Assembly: GCA_002337055.1 (NCBI GenBank)
Contig: DDFG01000004.1
Span: forward strand, 795,088-819,087
Direction of reading: 5' to 3'
Length of the DNA stretch: 24,000 nt
Origin: Betaproteobacteria bacterium UBA1934
GTDB lineage: Bacteria > Pseudomonadota > Gammaproteobacteria > Burkholderiales > Rhodocyclaceae
The notes under the pieces were generated by a model. It ran no database searches. It was not told the DNA's origin and was given only the letters and a program-made list of their open reading frames with translations. Shown one piece after another: positions 19,146-24,000 of the stretch. The first letter of the stretch is position 1; every line of letters starts with the position of its first letter. The position numbers and the translations under genes are program-made.

Positions 19146-19356
19146 AACATTGAATTCCTTTCGCATAATTTGATCAGTCGTGATGTGGCGACGCAATACG
19201 CCAACTCGCCCTGGCGGCAGCGACAGAAGGTCGCATTGCAGATGCAAATGGATTCGTCGCATATCCGGCTGAATTTAATCCCCATCAAGGAATCAGGCTT
19301 GCTGCGCCGCGACAATCCGCGCCTTCAATTCACTTCCCTCTTTCAGGAGCTTTTTC

Positions 19357-21021
19357 ATGTTTTGCTATCAGTGCGAACAAACCTACCGTTCGGAAGCCGG
19401 CGCCGGTTGTGCCGCAAGCAAAGGCCTGTGTGGCAAGGACGCCACCACCTCAGACCTTCAGGATCTGCTCATCCACGCCGTCAAAGGCATCGCGCAATAC
19501 GCCTGGCGCGCGCGCCAGCTGGGAGCGCCGGTAACGGCCACCGAGCGTTTCATTCCGAATGCGATGTTTACCACGCTGACCAACGTCAACTTCACCCCAG
19601 CCCGCTTCGTGGCGTTGATCGCGGAAGCCGCCGCACTGCGCGACGCCGCCCGCGCCGCCTACGAACGAGCCGCTCAACAAGCTGGGCAGGCTATCGAAGC
19701 CCAGAGTGGCCCCGCCGCCTTCGCGCCCGCCGCTGACATGGATGGCCTGCTGAAGCAGGCAGCCACGGTCGGCATTCTTGCCGGGCAGGACACGGCCGGC
19801 GCCGACGTGATCGGTCTGCGCAACCTGATCCTGTATGGCCTGAAGGGCGTTTGCGCCTATGCCTACCATGCGCAAGTGATGGGTTATGACGACGCCTCCA
19901 TCTACGGTGGCATTGAAAAGGCACTGGACTTTCTGGCGGGCGAGCCGACCGATGTGCCGCGCCTGCTGGAAGAGGCGCTGGCCCTCGGCCAGGTCAATTT
20001 CAAGACCATGGAAGTGCTCGATGCCGCCAACACCGGCTCCTTCGGCACCCCTGAACCGACCTCGGTGCGTGTCACGCCGATTGCCGGCAAGGCGATTCTG
20101 GTGTCCGGCCACGAGTTCAAGGATCTACTTAACATTCTCGAACTGACCCAGGATACCGGCATCAACGTCTACACCCATGGCGAGATGCTGCCCGGCCTCG
20201 CCTACCCCAAACTCAAGGCTTATCCGCATCTCGCTGGTAACTACGGCGGCGCCTGGCAGGATCAGCAGAAGGATTTCGCTTCCTTCCCCGGCCCCATCGT
20301 GATGACCTCGAACTGCCTGATCGAGCCGCAACCCGGCTATCGTCAGCGCATCTTCACCCTCGGCCCGGTGGGCTGGCCCGGCGTGCGTCATCTCGACGGC
20401 AAGGACTACTCCGCCGTCGTACAGGCCGCCAAAGCACTGCCCGGCTTCAAGGAAGACGCGCCGGAGCAGCGGATCACCATCGGCTTTGCGCGCAATACGG
20501 TGCTTGGCGTCGCCGACAAGGTCATCGAAGGCGTCAAGAGCGGCGCCATCCGCCACTTTTTCCTGATCGGCGGTTGCGACGGCGCCCTGCCTGGCCGTAA
20601 CTACTACACCGATTTCGCCGAACAGGCACCGGACGACACCGTGATTCTGACGTTGGGCTGCGGCAAATACCGGTTCAACAAGGGCGAATTCGGTGCCATC
20701 GGCGGCATTCCGCGCCTGCTCGATCTTGGTCAGTGCAGCGACTCTTATTCGGCTATCGTCATTGCCTCCGAGCTGGCCAAGGCCTTTAACTGCGGCGTCA
20801 ATGACCTCCCGCTGTCGTTGGTCATCTCGTGGTTCGAGCAGAAGGCTGCCGCCGTGCTGCTGACCCTGCTCTCGCTCGGCGTCCGCAACATCCGTCTCGG
20901 TCCGACACTGCCGGCCTTCTTGACGCCCAACCTGATCAACGTGCTGGTCGGCACCTTCGGCATTCAAACCATCAGTACACCCGAAGCAGATATTGCTGCC
21001 TCGCTGAAAAAAGCAGCCTGA
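19357..21021 (+). CDS. hcp: Hybrid cluster protein / hydroxylamine reductase
   Basis: MFCYQCEQT start with Cys at positions 3, 6, 18 and 25 (E. coli Hcp-like spacing). 554 aa. AGGAG Shine-Dalgarno. Confidence 0.95.
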   Translation: MFCYQCEQTYRSEAGAGCAASKGLCGKDATTSDLQDLLIHAVKGIAQYAWRARQLGAPVTATERFIPNAMFTTLTNVNFTPARFVALIAEAAALRDAARAAYERAAQQAGQAIEAQSGPAAFAPAADMDGLLKQAATVGILAGQDTAGADVIGLRNLILYGLKGVCAYAYHAQVMGYDDASIYGGIEKALDFLAGEPTDVPRLLEEALALGQVNFKTMEVLDAANTGSFGTPEPTSVRVTPIAGKAILVSGHEFKDLLNILELTQDTGINVYTHGEMLPGLAYPKLKAYPHLAGNYGGAWQDQQKDFASFPGPIVMTSNCLIEPQPGYRQRIFTLGPVGWPGVRHLDGKDYSAVVQAAKALPGFKEDAPEQRITIGFARNTVLGVADKVIEGVKSGAIRHFFLIGGCDGALPGRNYYTDFAEQAPDDTVILTLGCGKYRFNKGEFGAIGGIPRLLDLGQCSDSYSAIVIASELAKAFNCGVNDLPLSLVISWFEQKAAAVLLTLLSLGVRNIRLGPTLPAFLTPNLINVLVGTFGIQTISTPEADIAASLKKAA

Positions 21022-21036
21022 CCCACCCGGCTGTCT

Positions 21037-21058
21037 GCCCCGCGCCAAGGCGCGGGGC
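21037..21058 (+). other. GC-rich intercistronic hairpin between hcp and its reductase gene
   Basis: GCCCCGCGCC AA GGCGCGGGGC: complementary 10-nt arms, with the innermost pairs probably opening to form the loop. No U-tract follows, so it is more likely an mRNA processing/stability element or weak attenuator than a terminator. Confidence 0.4.
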
Positions 21059-21086
21059 GTTGCCATTGAATCCAAGTGATACGCCC

Positions 21087-22112
21087 ATGTCCGAGCATCA
21101 AATTCGACTCACTACCCGCGACGGCCAGTCGCTCAACTTTGCCTGCGCCGACGGCGAGGACCTGATTAGCGCAGCCGCCCGTGCCGACATCCACCTGCCT
21201 GCGCTGTGCAAGGGCGGCGGCTGCGGCGCCTGCCACGCCACCTGCACCGGTGGCGATTTCCATCTGGGCGAAACGAGCCGTGACGCCCTTTCCGACGACG
21301 CACGGCAACATGGCGGCGTGCTGCTCTGCCGCACCTATGCCGACAGCGACCTGGAGATCACCACCCCTTACGATCACGGCCACATTTCTTTCCGCCCTAT
21401 TCCACAACGGACCGGGACGGTCGCCGGACTGGAGCATATCGGCGGACAAACCGTCCGTCTGGTCGTGCAACTCGACGACGATCCGGAACTGGGCACGGGC
21501 GCCGAGTTCGATCCCGGTCAGTTTGTCGAGCTCACGGTTCCGGAAAGCGGCCTGACGCGCGCCTATTCGCTGGCGAATACCGCCAACTGGAGCGGCACGC
21601 TGGTCTTCCTGATCCGCCTTCATCCCACTGGCCAGTTCTCGCGCTGGCTGAAGGACACGGCCAATGTCGGGAGCCGCCTTCAGGTTCGTGGCCCGCAAGG
21701 CGCTTTCGTATTGCAGGATAACGGCACCCGCCCGCGCGCTTTCGTGGCCGGCGGCACAGGCATCGCACCAATGCTGGCAATGCTGACCCGCATGGCGGAG
21801 TTCGGCGAAGGCAATCGCTGCCGGCTCGTCTTTGGCGTCACGCGGGCGAGCGATCTTTTCGCACTCGACATGATCGACACGTTGCGCGCCGACCTGCCTG
21901 CCCTGAGCGTCGATATCCGCCTTTGGGAAAGCGACGGCAGCCAATCCGCCGGAACGCCCGTCGACGGTTTGCAACACTGGCTGACCGAAGCGCTGAACAG
22001 CGACATCTATCTGTGTGGCCCGCCCGCCATGATTGAAGCTGGCGAACGCGCCGCGCGAGATGCCGGGGTACCTGCCACGCGCATCTTCAGCGAACGCTTT
22101 CTGCCCACCTGA
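21087..22112 (+). CDS. NAD(P)H oxidoreductase: N-terminal plant-type 2Fe-2S ferredoxin fused to an FNR-like FAD/NAD module (probable Hcp reductase)
   Basis: C-KGGG-C-GA-C then LLC (2Fe-2S ligand pattern). RAYSLAN (FAD RxYS motif). GGTGIAPMLAM (NAD-binding motif). YLCGPPAM near the C-terminus. The start MSEHQIRL at 21087 was chosen; the tracked ORF from 20829 overlaps hcp. Confidence 0.85.
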   Translation: MSEHQIRLTTRDGQSLNFACADGEDLISAAARADIHLPALCKGGGCGACHATCTGGDFHLGETSRDALSDDARQHGGVLLCRTYADSDLEITTPYDHGHISFRPIPQRTGTVAGLEHIGGQTVRLVVQLDDDPELGTGAEFDPGQFVELTVPESGLTRAYSLANTANWSGTLVFLIRLHPTGQFSRWLKDTANVGSRLQVRGPQGAFVLQDNGTRPRAFVAGGTGIAPMLAMLTRMAEFGEGNRCRLVFGVTRASDLFALDMIDTLRADLPALSVDIRLWESDGSQSAGTPVDGLQHWLTEALNSDIYLCGPPAMIEAGERAARDAGVPATRIFSERFLPT

Positions 22113-22135
22113 ACACGCCATCCATTCTCAAGCGA

Positions 22136-22160
22136 AAAAGCCCGCAAATGCGGGCTTTTT
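22136..22160. terminator. Bidirectional rho-independent terminator shared by the hcp operon (+) and pbpG (-)
   Basis: AAAAAGCCCGCAAATGCGGGCTTTTT: stem AGCCCGC/GCGGGCT, loop AAAT, with an A-run on one side and a T-run on the other, between convergent gene ends. Confidence 0.8.
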
Positions 22161-22174
22161 CATGATCACCATCC

Positions 22175-22212
22175 AGATCAGGCGCTGCGATTTAGATCAG
22201 GCGCTGCGATTT
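22175..22212. repeat. Exact 19-bp tandem duplication spanning the pbpG stop codon
   Basis: AGATCAGGCGCTGCGATTT occurs at 22175..22193 and again, immediately adjacent, at 22194..22212. The second copy encodes the last pbpG codons (NRSA) and the stop. Confidence 0.9.
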
Positions 22213-23225
22213 CCCGTACCTGCCCCGGCGCTTTCCATCCAGCGCTTGATACGATTCGCATCGCCGACCCGCGTCATCTTGCCGACCGAGTCAAGCAACA
22301 CGATCACCACCGGGCGTTCAGCCACCTTGGCCTGCATCACCAGACAACGACCCGCCTCGGAAATGAAACCGGTCTTGGAGACGGCAATCTCCCAATGATC
22401 GCTCTTGACCAGCGCATTGGTATTGTTGAACTCGCGAATGTGACCGTTCAGGCTGACCATCGCCTGCGGCGTGGTGGACATCGTGCGAATCTCCGGATAC
22501 TGCGCGGCCGCCGTCACCATCCGGGCCAGATCGCGAGCGGTGGAAACGTTGTTGCTGGACAGTCCGGTCGGTTCCTCGAAGTTGGAACTGGTCATGCCCA
22601 ATGCTTTCGCCTTGCGATTCATGGCCTCGACAAATACAGCGAGGCCACCCGGATATTGGCGCCCGAGCGCATGGGCGGCACGGTTTTCAGATGACATCAG
22701 CGCCAGCAGCATCGCCGTCTCGCGCGTCATGGTCGTGCCTACCGGCAGGCGGGAGCGGGTGCCCTTGAGACCATCGACATCAGCGTCGCCAATACTGATG
22801 ACTTCCTGCATGTCCTGTTTGGCATCCAAAACCACCATGGCGGTCATCAGCTTGGAAATGGAAGCAATCGGCAGCACGGCCTGCGAACCTTTGTCGACCA
22901 GCGTTTCGCCGCTGCCCTGATCGAGCACAAAGGCCGACGCCGAATGGAGCGCCAGACGACCCGGCTCGAACTGCTCGAACGAGACCTTGCGCATCCCCTT
23001 CTTCGCCACCGACTTGTGTGCACGCGCCGGTACCACCTGAGCGCGTTTGGCTTGCTTGCCCGCCTTGACGGATTTCGCCGCCCGGGGTGCTTTGGCCGAC
23101 TTTGCCTTCTTGCCGGCCTTGACCTTGTGATGAACTGCCGGCTCGGACTTCGCTGCCGCCGGCACGCTGAAGCCGAGCCCCAACCAGGCGCCGAACAACA
23201 GCGCCATTCCCAGCTTTTTATTCAT
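22197..23225 (-). CDS. pbpG: D-alanyl-D-alanine endopeptidase (PBP7-like, S11 family)
   Basis: SISK (SxxK), SSENRAA (SxN) and KTGF (KTG) motifs. Long blocks resemble E. coli PbpG (PIASISKLMTAMVVLDA, LLALMSSENRAA, VSTARDL). Signal peptide. Extra Lys/Ala-rich linker after the signal peptide. Confidence 0.9.
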   Translation of the reverse strand: MNKKLGMALLFGAWLGLGFSVPAAAKSEPAVHHKVKAGKKAKSAKAPRAAKSVKAGKQAKRAQVVPARAHKSVAKKGMRKVSFEQFEPGRLALHSASAFVLDQGSGETLVDKGSQAVLPIASISKLMTAMVVLDAKQDMQEVISIGDADVDGLKGTRSRLPVGTTMTRETAMLLALMSSENRAAHALGRQYPGGLAVFVEAMNRKAKALGMTSSNFEEPTGLSSNNVSTARDLARMVTAAAQYPEIRTMSTTPQAMVSLNGHIREFNNTNALVKSDHWEIAVSKTGFISEAGRCLVMQAKVAERPVVIVLLDSVGKMTRVGDANRIKRWMESAGAGTGNRSA

Positions 23226-23324
23226 GCAACCTCTCCCACATCACCTTGACACAATGCGCCAAAGTTTAACAACACTTTCCAATAAATCAAGAAAAATAGG
23301 CAGATAGAGATATATTCTACATAG

Positions 23325-24000
23325 TTACTTTAAGACAGCGGAATCCACCACTGTCAACGCAGTCATGTTGACAATGCGCCGCACTGTGGCCGTCGGCGTC
23401 AGGATATGTGCTGGCTTGGTTGGCCCAAGCAGGATCGGGCCAACTGTCACGTTATCGCATGCCGCCACCTTCAGCAGATTGAAGGCAATGTTGGCCGCGT
23501 CGAGATTCGGCATGATCAGCAGGTTGGCACGGCCAACGAGGCGGGAATTCGGGAAGATCGCGTCACGGATCTGCTCGTCCATAGCCGCGTCGCCGTGCAT
23601 TTCGCCCTCGATCTGGATATCCGCCGCGCGTTGATTGACGAAGCGAAGCACCTCGCGCATTTTCAGCGAACTCTGCGTATCGCGGGTGCCGAACGAAGAA
23701 TGCGAGAGCAGGGCAACCCGGGGCTCGATACCGAACTTGCGGATTTCCCGGGCCGCCATGATCGTGATGTCAGCCAGTTGCGTCGCGGTGGGGTCGGCGT
23801 TGACATAGGTATCGGCGATGAACACCGTCCGCCCGGGGATCATCAGCAGATTCATCGCCGCATAGCGCTCGACGCCGGGGCGAATGCCGAGCACGCGTTG
23901 GATGTGGCGGCGATGCATGCCGAAATTGCCGTTGATACCACAGATCAGACCATCGGCATGGCCGTGCCGCACCATCAGCGCCGCATACAGCGTGTTGCGC
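23325..24000 (-). CDS. maeB: NADP-dependent malic enzyme, C-terminal phosphotransacetylase-like domain (partial, 5' end outside window)
   Basis: Collinear with the E. coli MaeB C-terminus (FIADTYVN, FGIEPRVALLSHS, GEMHGDAA, VGPILLG, TVRRIVNM). The frame stays open upstream of the tracked ATG at 23975 up to the window edge (RNTLYAALMVRHG). Confidence 0.85.
   Translation of the reverse strand, partial: RNTLYAALMVRHGHADGLICGINGNFGMHRRHIQRVLGIRPGVERYAAMNLLMIPGRTVFIADTYVNADPTATQLADITIMAAREIRKFGIEPRVALLSHSSFGTRDTQSSLKMREVLRFVNQRAADIQIEGEMHGDAAMDEQIRDAIFPNSRLVGRANLLIMPNLDAANIAFNLLKVAACDNVTVGPILLGPTKPAHILTPTATVRRIVNMTALTVVDSAVLK

Noticed and set aside
19103-19185. Assignment of the hcp upstream elements to known regulators: an NsrR box for the ATGCAT palindrome, and FNR/Dnr boxes at TTTGTTATCAAA (19106..19117) and TTGATCAGTCGTGAT (19169..19183).
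   Set aside because: - The palindrome has its ATGCAT cores abutting the dyad axis. NsrR sites, as I recall them, are 11-1-11 with the cores further apart.
- The first FNR-like candidate has only an ATCAA half-site.
- The second has only a TTGAT half-site, with no ATCAA four bases later.

I report the palindrome as unassigned rather than naming a regulator.
19107-19736. A 209-aa plus-strand ORF that starts in the AT-rich hcp upstream region and runs into hcp out of frame.
   Set aside because: It has no Shine-Dalgarno, its start lies within the palindrome region, more than half of it is an Arg-rich out-of-frame reading of hcp, and its sequence is not recognisable.
20829-21086. An N-terminal extension of the reductase ORF back to 20829, which would make a 427-aa protein.
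   Set aside because: The extension overlaps the hcp 3' end in another frame and is Arg/Pro-rich. The ferredoxin domain begins naturally at MSEHQIRL (ATG at 21087), after the intercistronic hairpin.
20125-22121. Minus-strand ORFs of 316 aa (20125..21075) and 385 aa (20964..22121) opposite hcp and its reductase.
   Set aside because: They are antisense to two motif-complete genes, with no start-site context or domain signatures.

Overview
High-GC (about 60%), densely coding, core-chromosome region that looks beta-proteobacterial (taxonomy inferred from protein resemblance only). I see no tRNA or rRNA genes, CRISPR arrays, transposases, integrases or recognisable defence genes. From left to right:
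- A minus-strand partial type II secretion operon: gspF-G-H-I-J plus the first codons of a probable gspK. Upstream of it on the same strand lie a DUF4124-like secreted coiled-coil protein, an RluF-type pseudouridine synthase and an FKBP PPIase.
- The divergent rplU-rpmA-obgE-proB cluster, with a near-consensus sigma70 promoter.
- Two tandem, diverged general porin paralogues.
- dtd plus an EamA-type transporter.
- pepN.
- A heavily decayed MBL-fold hydrolase pseudogene with 3 in-frame TAG codons and 2 frameshifts.
- A co-oriented trio: an SLT lytic transglycosylase, a half-length ALDH-like protein and an HDOD protein.
- hcp with a ferredoxin-first FNR-type reductase, preceded by an AT-rich region that carries a perfect 24-bp palindrome.
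- pbpG.
- The 3' (PTA-like) part of maeB, which runs off the window.

I found no compelling evidence for a wholly new multi-gene system. The best second-look candidates are the ALDH-half/HDOD pair, the unassigned palindromic operator upstream of hcp together with its non-canonical reductase partner, and the multi-lesion pseudogene. Many long ORFs in the six-frame track are antisense artefacts of high GC content.
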